From Hyphochytrium catenoides (taxonomy: Eukaryota; Protista; Hyphochytriomycota): a stretch of DNA of 64,000 bases. A program made the translations under genes and the position numbers. Every line of letters begins with the position of its first letter. Within the stretch, counting starts at the first letter, position 1. Below are positions 14,201 through 26,286 of the stretch, in pieces. The stretch covers positions 1 through 64,000 of the forward strand of contig FLMG01004315.1 in NCBI GenBank assembly GCA_900088475.1, written 5' to 3'. Under the pieces are notes generated by a model. The model saw nothing but the letters and a program-made list of their open reading frames with translations. It was not told the origin of the DNA and did no database searches.

Positions 14201-14538
14201 GCATCAGCTTCGCGATCAGCAGGGCGCACTTCCGAGGATTATTAGTAACAACATTCCCGTCATTGAAGGCGTCCCGGCACTCGAGCACCACGTTTGCCTT
14301 CTCAAGACCAACGAAGGGTGATACTGGTACAGTGAACGAGGAGTTAGGTAGCGTAAGACAGAATAGAAGAACAAGTGGACTAACCATAGCCGTGGTCATC
14401 GTCTTCACCCTTTAACTTGTCCCTTATTCCCTGAACCTCCTTCATGAGCGAACCGATCGTAAGCACCGGAGAGGGCAAGGTATTGACATTGTTATCCTGA
14501 TCATCCGACATGGACGTTCCGGAGAAAAGCCTGCTCAT
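8287..14538 (-). CDS. COPG: Coatomer subunit gamma (COPI)
   Basis: Spliced translation gives hallmark stretches: [116 protein letters not shown]. The start could instead be ATG 14511 or 14445. Stop TAG at 8287-8289. Confidence 0.96.
13535..13572. repeat. Perfect 19-bp tandem duplication in a COPG intron
   Basis: AGCGCGACGCCAGAGGGGT x2. Confidence 0.9.
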
Positions 14539-14941
14539 GGTTCCCTATCAACGCTTATAGATTCTCGTCCAACCGCCAACAAGCTTGCTGTCAGGCCTTA
14601 TGGGCAATCAGACTGATAACGAAGAGATGTAAAAAAGTTAGACAGCGTCTGAGATAAACGTAGATTGTTCCTCATCAAGCACCAAGAGTCAAGAAATGCA
14701 TGTCAAAGAGAATAGGCCGTAACAAAGCATTTCCGATGCACCTCTATTATGCAAGGGCCGACTTCTACAGATCTTAGTACCTGCGTGCAACAGCCTTAAC
14801 CCTGCTCCCTGGGGATGGCCAGAAGTGATAGAGCCCTAATGGGATGAGAGCTCAACAGCTCTTCGCCGCAGTTCCGGATGAGGATCGCGGCATAGAAGAT
14901 AGAGAAAAGTGATTTTAGCAGACCTCTATTAAAAGAGACAG

Positions 14942-15110
14942 AGACAGAAGACACAGAGCGGGACAAGAGAAAGAAGAGTTTCAAAGAGAGAGACAGAAGA
15001 GACAGAGATAGAGGCAAGAGAGACACAGACAGAAGACACAGAGCGGATAGAGAAAGAAGAGTTTCAAAGAGAGAGACAGAAGAGATAGAGATAGAGACCC
15101 AAGAGAGACA
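14942..15110. repeat. ~85-bp imperfect purine-rich tandem duplication in the COPG/NO66 divergent intergenic region
   Basis: agacagaagacacagagcgg...agagaaagaagagtttcaaagagagagacagaagaga... starts at 14942 and again at 15027. Confidence 0.85.
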
Positions 15111-15655
15111 GAGACAGAGACACAGAGCAGAGAGGAGTGCTGAAGGTCTTTCCTTAGCAAACAGACAGCGCAGAAAGATTCGCCAAGTCACAGTCCCAAA
15201 CACAGAGAAATGCCTCATTGAAAATCTCCCATCCACCCTCTCTGAACGAAAGAAACATACATTCCTTTCATAGATTTCCAGAGAAGCTTACTAAGAGCGA
15301 AGTTCCAGGGAATAGAGTGCATTGACGGCGGTGTATATTTCAAGCAGTAAACTTCTGGCCCCATCCGTTCTTGCCTCTGTTTAGAATATGTGAGATTCTG
15401 GTTCCTTATCATGTGCCGCCGATTCTTGATACGAGGGATTGTCCTGAGATCCCAGCCATCATGATTTTCCTGGTTGCCGCAGAATATGGGCAATATCTAC
15501 TGAACTTCATCTTCATGTTGCTCTCCAGATCTTCATGAAGCTCCTAACAGCAATCCGAGAAGCTTACGTTATAAGAGACGTGATAGTAGACTGCTCACGG
15601 GAAGAGGTTCGAGTCACTGCAACCTTTGCGAAGACCGACATCTTGACAGAGAATT

Positions 15656-18600
15656 ATGGCGCGGAAGAATCGGAATCCGAAGCGTCGACAGCCTTCGGAG
15701 GATAGTGCACAGGGTGGAGAGGAAGAGCCAAAACGAATCAAGGTACCTAGGGACTCTTCTAAGTCAAACGTGCATAGCCCTGGCAGTGGAAGTGAGAGTG
15801 GACGCTCTATTCTAAAGGACAGAGGGTCAGTTGGAGATGCTAGTCCCAAGAAGAATGTAAAATGGGACGCCAAAGTGATCGAGTCCGCGCCAGTTCCTGA
15901 AGAAGAGCCTTCCATGAGAAAGAGGCCCGCAAAAGCTATCAAAGCGTCACCTAAGGCTGCAACTGGGGTTGAGCCTGAGAAGACACCTCCACCAGTACAC
16001 TTCTTTGGGCCAGATGTGACTCTGGAGACTGGCGAGGAGATGCTACAGTTCCTTCTTGGTGACATCCCTGTTAAGAAGTTCTTCGCTGAGTACTGGGAGA
16101 AAAAGCCTTTAGTGATCCATAGAAAGCGCAAGGTAAGGTCCAATACGACGAGTACTAGAAGTAGGGAGTTCATTCGCTAGAAAGGGAGGAAGCACATTCA
16201 ACTGTCGCAATAGTTACAGAAGGACGGGAGTGATGATGGAGCAGCATGGCCGTGATCATCACATCAGCTAATCTGTTCTCTATCTACCCCTTTCCTAGGA
16301 CTATTATCGGCAGGCGTTTAACAAAAAGGTGTTCCTTGATATTGTTGAGGAGAAGGACTTACCCTTCCAGCAGAACATGGCCATCGTGCGCTATGCAGAC
16401 GGAGAAAGAATGAACGTTGAGCCAATAAAGGCGAGAGCAACCAGGGAGGAGCTGGAAACACTGTTTGACAGTGGCTGTACAGTTCAGTTCTTTCAACCTC
16501 AGCGTCATGTCGATGCGTTGTGGCAAGTGAACTCTCTCCTGGAGAACTACTTTGGAACCCTTGTAGGTCTGTAGAGCGCAACAAATCGGCTCTCGTCCTT
16601 CAACTCCATTCTGCTTGACTTATGATGGCGAATGCGTTACTCTTAGGTGCTCTTGGCTCTAGTTGATCCCCTCGTTCTGACCGCGAGTCTCTGCTTCTGT
16701 ACAGGTGCCAGTGCCTACTTGACACCAGGGAAATCTCAAGGTCTGGCTCCTCACTACGACGACGTTGATGTTTTCATTTTACAGGTACAAGAGCATCGAT
16801 ACATAAGAAACATCTCGCCCTGGAAGCGACAGTCATCTACGTTCCCCTCGCCCCGCTTTGACCCTCATGACTCATTTTTCTCTGCTTGTTGTGCCGATTG
16901 TGTCGATGCTGACAATAAACTGCCAAGACTGAAGGAAAGAAGAGCTGGAAGCTGTATAAGCCCGTTGACGAATTGCCGATCACGTGCAGTGAGGACCTGC
17001 CGGAGTCAGAAATAGGCGAGCCCACGCATGAGTTTGAGTTGACTGAGGGAGACCTGGTATGTAATCTGTATACTTTCTTTTACTCCATCTCACATCTCAC
17101 AAGGAGACACGCACTCTTGAACCCTTACCTTTTGTTAGCTTTGTGCACCTCTCATTGTCTGACGGTTTACTCAGCACATGTGCTGGTCTTGATATTGACC
17201 TGAGTGGCCTGTGTTATTGACCTAGGCAGCTCCAAAGCCGTTGTACCGTGTGTGTCTGTGGATGCATACTGGCCGTCAGCGTCCTTAAGTACCTTACGTC
17301 TATTTATCCCGCTGACAGTCTTCCGCTCTTCATTGCCCTAAATAGCTCTACTTCCCGCGAGGAACGGTTCATCAAGCGTCAACACCTGGTGCACAATTCT
17401 CTACCCACGTCACTGTCTCCACCTATCAGCAGCACACCTGGGGAGATTTCTTGCAGCTTTCTCTCCCTATTGTCGTAAGGCAAATGATGGAACAGGACGT
17501 GGAGCTTAGAAGAGGTACGAATATACTCTGCACCCGGTCTTGAGTCCGGCTACTGCCCTTGGCTTGGCAAGGCTCTTGGCTCCCTCTACGAAAGGTGCAC
17601 TTGAGAATGTTTAAGCGTTTGCCATGCCTTACCCTTCCCTTCAGTATCCTGATCGCTCTCATTGAGACCCTCACGGAGCTTCTTGCAATTCGTTGCACTT
17701 ACATTGCAAACCTGCATAGGGTTACCCCTCAACTATCTCTCTTATATGGGTACGGAATGGGATGTTGACCTGCAGATAAAGGCGCAGCCCCAATCAAGTG
17801 AGCTAGTGAAGAAGATGGAAAACTTCCTTCACAAGTTCAAAGGAAAACTAGGTAGGTGGCAGTCCTTTATAACTTCTTTCCCGGTTACTTGTCACTCCCC
17901 TTAGGGCTCAAGAAGGGTTTCTCACACGGTGCTTGATGTTCCCATACATGCGGCATTGATGTCGTTGTACCTCTACGTCCAATGACTTATTAGCAACAAT
18001 AAAGGATACATTAGAACTGGGACAGCTTCATATCGCCGCAGACGAGGCATCGTCAGACTTTATGGCGAACCGGTAAGGCCTGAGCATCTAATGAAACCTT
18101 CTTGTGAAGCCGCTACAATCTGAATTGCGCCTTCTCTCTGAGGAGCCAACCTCAGTCTACTGCTTTGTCTTCCAAAACTCCCTTTCCTCTCCCTGTGTCT
18201 TCCAATCTCTATTCTCTGAGCCTGTGTTAGCCATGGGCATCTTTCGTGTAGACGTGTGGTCTCTGTTTGATCGTTCCCCGCTTATCGGCTAATTTATCTG
18301 TCTTGCCTCTCTACCGCAGCCTTCCTCCCCTCATCCAAAGGCCCCAAACTAAATCTCTAGGGCCTAGTCCGCTAGACGAGGACTCGGAATTCAGATTTGT
18401 GGACAAGAATGCGATGAGGATGGTTGTCACTCAGGAAGAAGGTGGCCCAGCTCTTTCCTTGCAATACTCTGTTAAGAACAAGAGGCCGTTCCATATGGGC
18501 CCACCTGGAGCAGCATCAGGGAAAGGCATGGGCGGAGCCTCACTTATGCAAGCAATGTCGATGGGCTTGTTTGGATTTGGAGGTGATGATGGTGACGATG

Positions 18601-19127
18601 AAGATGGAGAGGAGGGTGAGGAGGAAGAAGACGAAGAGGGCGAAGAAGAAGAAAGCAACGAAGAAGAGAGCGAAGAGGAGAAAGAAGAAGGAAAGATAGA
18701 GAAAGGGCAAAGCAAAGGGACTAAAGAGGCGACCAAAAGCGCAGAGGTTAAGAGCAAGGAAAAGATCTCGAAGATGCAGGAAGATTCAGATAATGGTGAA
18801 GGATCTGAAGAAGGCGATGAGGCGGCGGAGGGTGAAGAAAGTGATGAAGACGAAGAGGACAGTGACTACGAAGATGAAGGGGGCATGATGCCAGGGGGCC
18901 TGCCGTTGTCCATGCTTGGGCTGCCAGTCCCACCATCTGCTCCACGGCCTCAATCCATCCAGTTCCCTTTCCAAGCTGCCCTTCCTCTTCTGCATCTCCT
19001 CAAGAGCGGTCGCGGATTCACCACCATCAAGTCATTAGAAGGTGACAGCGAGGTCAAGACGAAGGTGGTAGTGAAGCTCTGGTCCAAGGGGCTGTTGGAA
19101 GTTAGGAAGATCAAAGCCGCACAATAG
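15656..19127 (+). CDS. RIOX1: JmjC ribosomal oxygenase / histone demethylase NO66 (RIOX1 family)
   Basis: Spliced motifs: [102 protein letters not shown]. The HxD...H iron triad is intact. Basic N-terminal extension. Confidence 0.93.
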
Positions 19128-19717
19128 CCCGGAGGGAGGAAAGAAAGACGAAATCCTCATCATCTCTTTGCAGGTTAGGGATTACTTGTCATAGTAAATA
19201 AAGGATTCCTAAATGCATTCCCTTTCAAAGCTTGTGGTTGATCATATCCCGTCAACAATGAAATAGATGAGGAGTAGGTAGTGTCAGCTAAGAGGTATTG
19301 AGGACAGAGGAAGATATCGCTAGTGTTGCTACGCAGTGAAGGAGTTTTAAATTTCTAAAGGCCTTAGGTCTCTAACAGCGGTGGATTGGCTCCTAGTACC
19401 GCCTATATCAATCCTTGCGACTCCTCACACCTGCTCTAAGAAGATTACTCTAAACGTCAAAAGCATGGCACAGAGGATAGAAAGATGCTTCTAAGCAAAG
19501 GGAGAGCATCTCTTGTCCAAGTGCCCGTGACACCGCTGACAGTCGCATGTTTGTCATAGTCTAGGACATGGTAGAATGACATTAGCAGTTAGAGTAGTCG
19601 GACTGTTAGAAGAGGCTTTAGGAACAAGAAGATTTCTGGCTGTGGCTTGGCGTTTATTAAGATGAATCACAGTCTCCCCTTCCCTTAGACTCATTGGGTC
19701 AGCATTCAGAGGCTACT

Positions 19718-20713
19718 CTAAGCAGACTCCTTCTTCTCTGCAGCGCGCTTCTTGCGGATACCGACCAGGCGGGCATCGGAGCGAGCAAGGCGCAGAGTCT
19801 TGTGAGCGTTGAATTGCTACAATAAAAGGAAAGGTTAGAGTTCTGAGCTAAGTAATTTAGGCGACCGGCATATGCAGCAGATGCTGAAGAGATTTAAGGA
19901 AATGGACGACCAACCCGACATCCGAACTACTTTCTAACCTCACAGACTGACACAGACCAATAATCTGCGATAAATAAGAGCTTCGTTCACGCTGAAAAAA
20001 AGTTCAAGTGGCAACTCTCGGCTGGAAGACATACCTTGTGCTCATCGGTGAGCTCAGCCACCACGGACTTCTTAGAGTTCTTGACAGGGAAGACGGCACC
20101 AGCCAGCTGCTGGGCGGTTGAGGTCTCCTCAACAGAAGAGTCACCCTTCTTAGGCTTCTGGTTGCTGCCGCGAGGGAAGACAACAAGCTTGGCCTTGTAA
20201 GCCTTCAGGCGCTGTACATTGGCGCGGAGAGACTCCGCAGACTTGTTGGTTCTGCGGTGGTCTACGGCAATGCCAATAGTGCGAGCTACGTGCTTGCTGA
20301 TGCCAGCCTCCTATCAATCCACAAGAGTCAAGGATGACGTTAGCAAGGCAAAAAGAGAGAAGTAAACATCCCAAAATGTCGAACCTTGAGCTCCTGAAGA
20401 GTAAAGCCACGGCCAGCGCGGATCTTTGAAGAATATCTCTGGGTCTGGCTGTGGACAACAGGACGAAGAGGGCCAGCAGCTGGGCGAGGGGCAATCTGAG
20501 CAGCCTTTGCCTTCCTCTTCAGTCTGCGAGACTTCTTCTTGCCGGGCTGTGAAGGAGCAGCGCAAGCAGCGTCATATAGGAATGAGCTATGGGTTCTCAA
20601 ACAACTGGCACATTTGACAAAAGTAGAGTGCGTACCTGGTCAAACCAGGTCTTCACCCGCAGCTGCCACTGCTTGTGGAAGTGGTTGTTCGGGATGACGT
20701 TGTTGTGCTTCAT
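19718..20713 (-). CDS. RPL13: 60S ribosomal protein eL13
   Basis: [77 protein letters not shown]. Four coding exons. A further 5'-UTR intron is likely at about 20722-20961. Confidence 0.97.
19868..19980 (-). ncRNA. Weak H/ACA snoRNA candidate in the last RPL13 intron
   Basis: Hairpin, AAAGUA (ANANNA H box), hairpin, then AUA (ACA variant) on the sense strand. No target identified. Confidence 0.25.
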
Positions 20714-20781
20714 CTTTCAGTCTGAGCCAACAAAAGACGACAGTGAGGGATCGCCAATAGAGTAAGCGCCTCTACAAAGCT

Positions 20782-20903
20782 ATATGTGGCCCTATTGCTC
20801 AAAGCCCCAAAGTGAGGATATTGGCGTTAAGAACACAGGCCAACAATTTTTGAGAGCTCAGGATAAGAAGAGGCAATCAGCTCCCCTTAATGCCAAACCC
20901 CAC
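20782..20903 (-). ncRNA. H/ACA-like snoRNA candidate in the RPL13 5'-UTR intron
   Basis: Two hairpins (ggggtttgg/ctgagctct with taaggggag/ctcttctta; ggcct/gggcc) separated by an A-rich hinge and ending in ACA+3 nt. The H box is imperfect. Confidence 0.3.
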
Positions 20904-20974
20904 ATAGGTCTTCTCCTTCACCCTAAACAGCTCGTTGCTACCAATCTCCGCGTCATCGTACCTTGATCTCCGCC

Positions 20975-20981
20975 AAAAGAG
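20975..20981 (-). promoter_or_regulatory. Pyrimidine-tract (TCT/5'TOP-like) putative transcription start of RPL13
   Basis: CTCTTTT about 20 nt upstream of the AG|GTACGA donor of the UTR intron. A similar CTCTTTG lies at 21707 upstream of RPS16. Confidence 0.4.
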
Positions 20982-21773
20982 TGAGCAGCTCTGCTGAAGC
21001 CCAATGAATTATCCGCAGATCAGCGGCACTTCTTTCGCTCGGTGGCGCAGATTGCCGGCCACTCCTTTCACTCCAATGATTTTGATGGCGCAATAATAGG
21101 CCCCGCTTATAGAGGAACAACAGGCAAAGAATTATTACTATCCCCTTGATAGCCTTTATAAACGAGTTTTACTTCAGACCAATGTTTCAACTGTTGCGAT
21201 GGAATGTTTCACTCTACAATCTTCAGCGGTCATTGCTGCCATTGGTCGGCTTCAGATTTAACGAAGGCTTAGTCAGGGGAAGGCTAGCGTTTGGAGACCT
21301 TACAGATTTGAAACTTTCCTGCTTTTGGAGCAATTGGTTGGCAGGGCTTCAGGATAATTCCTTCTGAATAACCTCCAAAATTGGATCAACATTCATAATA
21401 GCACACGCCTTCCGTCTCAAATAGAATGCGGTACTACTACGCCAAGAATGTCAGAGAGCTTGAGGTAGGTAGAGCGCTCCGACTATTATTGCTCCTTATG
21501 TCCTTGGTGAAGGGAGATTGAGTGGCTGCTGGTCACGATCAACACAGGAGAGGAAGAAGTTCATCAATCAAAACAAAGTGAGGAGACAGAGCGGAGTGAA
21601 GGTAGACAGAGCAAGAGTTATTTTGGTTTTTATTGAGGTTTGGCAGAGCGAGATACGGAGGGGATAACAGGAGAGATGAGCCTTGAAAGTAAAAGAGATC
21701 TCTGAACTCTTTGCCTTGTAGACTCACAATACTTTCTGGTGATCAGCCTCCAGACGAGCTTCACAGAGAAATC

Positions 21774-22902
21774 ATGGAGTCCAGCAAGGTTCAGTCCGTA
21801 CAGGTCTTTGGCAGGAAGGTGAGTCGTTATCCTTACGAGGCTTATTAGTGAATGCCTGTGATTGAAGCAGAGGAGTGATCATGATGCTTCCTCCTTCTGA
21901 GCAGAAGAATGCCACTGCAGTAGCTTACTGCAAGGCAGGCCACGGCGTTCTCCGTGTAAATGGCCGCCCCATTGAGCTCGTTGAGCCTGAGACTCTAAGG
22001 ATGAAGGCCTACGAGCCCGTCCTTCTCCTTGGTCAGCAGAGATTCGCCAATGTGAGTATCCGCCGCGCCATGAACATCTTTAGTGACTTTAAGTGTGGAA
22101 GTCCATCTCGTCACCGTTGGAAGGCTTAATGGTCACAATCGAACGATGGTCCTCGTCCGCTACACGTCAATGCCAGTTTGAGGATGTGCCCTCGCTCCGC
22201 CTCACCAGTGTGCACGAAAGTGCTGTTTTCGCCTTTATGAACCTTCGACTCATCGGGTGTGCATTTTTCTTGCGGGAATGCATTCGCATTCTCTGCTCGG
22301 ATTATGCTGTTTTCTTTGTATTATAGGTCGACATCCGCCTTCGTGTTAAGGGAGGAGGACAGACGGCACAGATCTACGGTTAGTGCATCCTTCAATGTTG
22401 GACACATAGGATTGCACTTGCTAATTCCCTGCATTTATTCACGTGTTTGCAGCTATTCGTCAAGCTATCGCGAAGGCGCTTGTTGCCTACTATCAGAAGT
22501 GTAAGTTCACCTACTATGTGAAGCTTCCTTTCGCTTTCTTTTCTTCTCAACCTGTCCTTATCCATTATTCATGATAAGAGGGTGAGGAAGTGCCAAGGAT
22601 GGTTATTTAAAGTTTGAGATCATATGTCACATATATGACAACGTCATGCTGAGGCCTGATATCATCTTCGCCCTTGTCTCAACTTCCTGCTCTCTCCTCG
22701 CAGTTTACACCAGCTTGCATATAGCCTAACCTCTTCCCCTTGTGCGCATCTTGTAGACGTTGACGAGGCCTCCAAGAGAGAGATCAAGGAGATCCTCCTT
22801 GCCCACGACCGCACTCTTCTCGTCGCTGATCCCCGCCGCCGGGAGCCCAAGAAGTTCGGCGGTCCCAGCGCCAGAGCTCGCTACCAGAAGTCCTACCGTT
22901 AA
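21774..22902 (+). CDS. RPS16: 40S ribosomal protein uS9/S16
   Basis: [93 protein letters not shown]. Five exons, GT-AG. Confidence 0.98.
22571..22665 (+). ncRNA. Box C/D snoRNA candidate in the last RPS16 intron
   Basis: Terminal inverted repeat ATGATA/TATCAT, C-like GTGAGGA (22582), CTGA at 22649 and 22656. TATTTAAAGTTTGAGA (22604-22619) is complementary to the conserved LSU rRNA segment UCUCAAACUUUAAAU(A), recalled from memory. Confidence 0.5.
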
Positions 22903-23232
22903 GCGTCGGGCGGAGGGCCCTCTGGGGCTGCACCTGCGCTCCGTTGCTTGGATCTGGGCTGTGTTATATATGGCATTCTTCTGTGCAGTGGAGGGGCTAT
23001 TTAGCTGTCATAGCTATAAATAAATCACCTGATCACCCTGCGAAGTCTCATCAATCTTGCATGACCCTTCTCATTTAGTTTTTAACGTCGGCCTTCTCCC
23101 CCCTATCATCGCACGGTCTGCTAAAGAGGACGTACATACCACTCGATGCAATGACGGTAGAAAACGGGGATACTTTAGACATAACATAGCACACAGATTC
23201 AGATAGATCTACATCGCGTTCAGTCGTCTCCT

Positions 23233-26200
23233 TCAGTCTGACACGGGGTCCTCCTCATCCGAGTAGATGGTTCTGTGGGGACATTTCGAAGCCTTGTGGC
23301 CTTGCTCCATACAATTATCGCAAAGATCTTCAACCTTCTTATCGTCCTCTTCTGGTTCAATGGAAGATATATACGTAAGGAACTTGTACAGAAGGAAGCT
23401 GTTCATCTGTTAATGCTGCCGATTGCAGGTTCAAGGCTTCCTACCTTCTTCCTCATCGCTGGTGTCCAAGTCCTCGGTGCCAAGTATAACAGCTTCTTGG
23501 CGGACGGTAACCTCCTCTTCAGCTTGCACTCTCTTCTGCCACTGTTCCCGTTCGTCAGCTGTAAGGAGGCCAGGAGTATCGACTATTCTCGATAGCAGTC
23601 GCTCCAGATGCATGGATCGTATGGGCGGAGCTTGATTTCTTATTCGACATATTGGACAGTAAGGGTCCTTCTCTAGCGCTTGCGATATACACGATAGGCT
23701 GGCAGAGGTTTGACCAGGAAATAGTATGGAGTTCGTCAGATCACAGAGGGCAATTGGGACGAGCGAAAACATGAAGCGCATAAGTTTGGTGAAGGACACC
23801 GCCTTCAACGAGGGCAGAACAGCGAACATTCATCAAGCTCAAGAGTCGTACTTGCTAAAATGGCAGAGCTGAGGAAGAATCTATGCAATAGAATCAAGAG
23901 CATGTCGGGAGCTGAAGCAACAAGTGGATAACACTCTGAGGGGAACGTAAAAGTCAGGGCAAGCACTCTTAGAACACTCCATCCTTACCAGTAGCCGTGG
24001 GAGCACGGAAGAATGGCTGGATTGAGAAGCAGCCCACTACAGAGACTGCACGACAGATCCGTCTTCAGGCCCTTCATCATCCGTTCTGTCTCCTCCTGGG
24101 CCTAGCAGAGTACAGAGAGGGTAAGCAAGCTACTTTGTCTCACAGGAAGTTGGCCATACAACGTGGCATCGAAAAGTGGAGATGGTGATCGGGCTTCATA
24201 AGTTAGACTTGAGCTAATACAGTCACTAAGCATGTATCGCATGGATTGATATAGGTCATGGCAGAGGAAGTCTTACCTTAGATTCCTTAGATTCCATAGA
24301 AAGTGTTGACTGTTTTGTTAAGGGCGCCGTGGGAAGAACCTTTTGAGAGGTCGCTGTCTAAAATAAGTGGACAAAGACTGATTAGACAGAGGGAAAAGAC
24401 AAACATTCTCACAAATTAACGCACCTTAGTTCGCGGCAGAACTGAGGACATAGGTGATGCTAAAGCTCGTGGCTGGTTGGATGCCGTCGTCGAGTCTGCA
24501 GCAGAGACCGGCGAACCGGCGTTTGCTTCAGCGCTGCAATACGTAGTCTGAGGAGCCTGGCCATCCTGCTTCTGTTCACTCTTTACTGGGGAGGCATCGC
24601 TTACTGATGTCACTTTTATCCTTCTTTGCGGTGATGTGGGGCTTGGCATTCGTGGTTCTTCGTTTCTCTTTGTTCTACTCCGTTTTCTTGACGGCTCAGG
24701 AGTATGAGAAGCTACCTCAGCAAGTACGCGTAGCCTTTCATTGCTCTTTGAGAGCTCTTCTGGGCTACCGGATGATGTTGCTTTCTCTAGAATCTTTTTC
24801 CTAGGAGTTCCGTTCTCCATCGGCTTGAAGGGCTCTCTCCTGTCATTATTGGGTTGTGGGCTTTTCAACTTACTTCTACTTTCCTATTGAAGAAGCATTA
24901 GCTAAGCGACTGAGGAAACCTTCGATTTCCCTTGTGCAAACCCGACCTCTAGAGTGTCCTTAATAGTCTCTAGCCTTGCATGATCTCTGAATCAGCTTCG
25001 TCTAGTCTCATTTACTATCATGTCCATTGAGCTAGTGTCTTACCTCCTTTCTTTCCTTTCTATAGCGAGATCCTTCCGATTTCTCAGTGCTGTCATTAGG
25101 CGATTTCTCAGTGCTGTCATTAGGAGTGCTCTGAGCTTGACCTATTCTGAACCTAAGCGCAATCTTTGACGGCCATTCCACATACGAGCCGAGAGCTATC
25201 TGTGGGCCACCACCGAAGTGAATCACAGAACTGTCCCTGAAGTTTTGGTGAGCGGCAAGAAAGTGAAGCCTCAGACATAGACAAGCAGCACGAAGAAGAT
25301 TTAAGAGAGTTGGTCAAGGTAAGATCTACGTGGTAGATAGGCAGAAGGCAATCTCCGTAATGAGCCGGCTTAGCAGAAGCGGCACAGGAGGGAGCGTTAA
25401 GTCGCCGAAAAATAAAAGGCAGAGGGAAGAGCCCTTTGAGGAAGAAAAGAGAGATCTGGTATGCTATTTTTCCAAGGGAAACGTACTCAAGTCTTGCCTC
25501 TTTCACTTTCACGTGATCCACAAAGAGACCATTCGTTGACTGGGAAAAGGATGCAGTCATGAGCTTCTAATTCACAAAAGAATGAAGACAAAGACATGAT
25601 AACTGCGTAGATAGGGCAGGCTGAGACAGAGAGAGGGAAAGAGAGAAAAGAGAGAGAGTAAGAGAGAGAGAGAGAGAGAAAGGCTCTAGAAGGGAGAGAA
25701 AAAGGTTCTAGTACGAGAAGACGCTGGCAAGTCTTGAGAGGACAAAAGAACGACGGCAAAGAAGAGGGGCGGCGGCGAGTAGCAGCGGAAAGCAGACAGA
25801 AAGTGGCAGCCCAGGAAGATCAAAGCATGAGGCTCTCGTTCTACTCACTTCCAGGTCCTCGATGACCCACATGACCTTTCTCGGATCTGCGGGATGTAAA
25901 CGCCTCTTGACAATAGCGGCATGCGTCCTGTGATGAAGGGGGTTTGATGAGACTGAGAGGACTAAGTGATCAGACCAAACTAGCTCCACCTCGACAGGAT
26001 CTTCTGCTCCGAGCCTGCGTCAAGATGAACATCTACTGTCTTCCGATGTCTTCCGATTAACGTCTGTAGAGTGACACAAGTCTTAGTCTCCGGAGAGAGT
26101 GCTTTTGGTGCACATCAGCAAAGAAGGGCATACTCTATCCTTTTCTAGAACATAAGGACTGGGATGTATCTTGAAGACAGCTCGCTGTCCCGGCGGAGTA

Positions 26201-26286
26201 ATAACTTCTAGATAGGCATGAGACTGGTCCCGCACGCCTGTGCTCGGCAGGGAATGACTACTCTTCATCACTTCCTGCGGCCCCAT
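23233..26286 (-). CDS. FHA + C3HC4 RING E3 ligase (RNF8/CHFR/Dma-like) with a C-terminal CCHC zinc knuckle
   Basis: Spliced FHA: TLIGRH...ILSRTHAAI...IEDLESTNGLFVD...VIHFG. RING: CSLC..PAILPCSHGYCLSC..CPIC. Knuckle: CDNCMEQGHKASKC. Start ATG 26286 or 26268; stop TGA 23233-23235. Confidence 0.88.
25077..25124 (-). repeat. Perfect 24-bp coding tandem duplication (PNDSTEKS x2) in the FHA-RING gene
   Basis: CGATTTCTCAGTGCTGTCATTAGG x2, in frame. Confidence 0.92.

Noticed and set aside
16229-16285. C-box GTGATGA and a U6-like complement in NO66 intron 1
   Set aside because: No downstream CTGA D box. The U6-like match is just the branch point plus the polypyrimidine tract.
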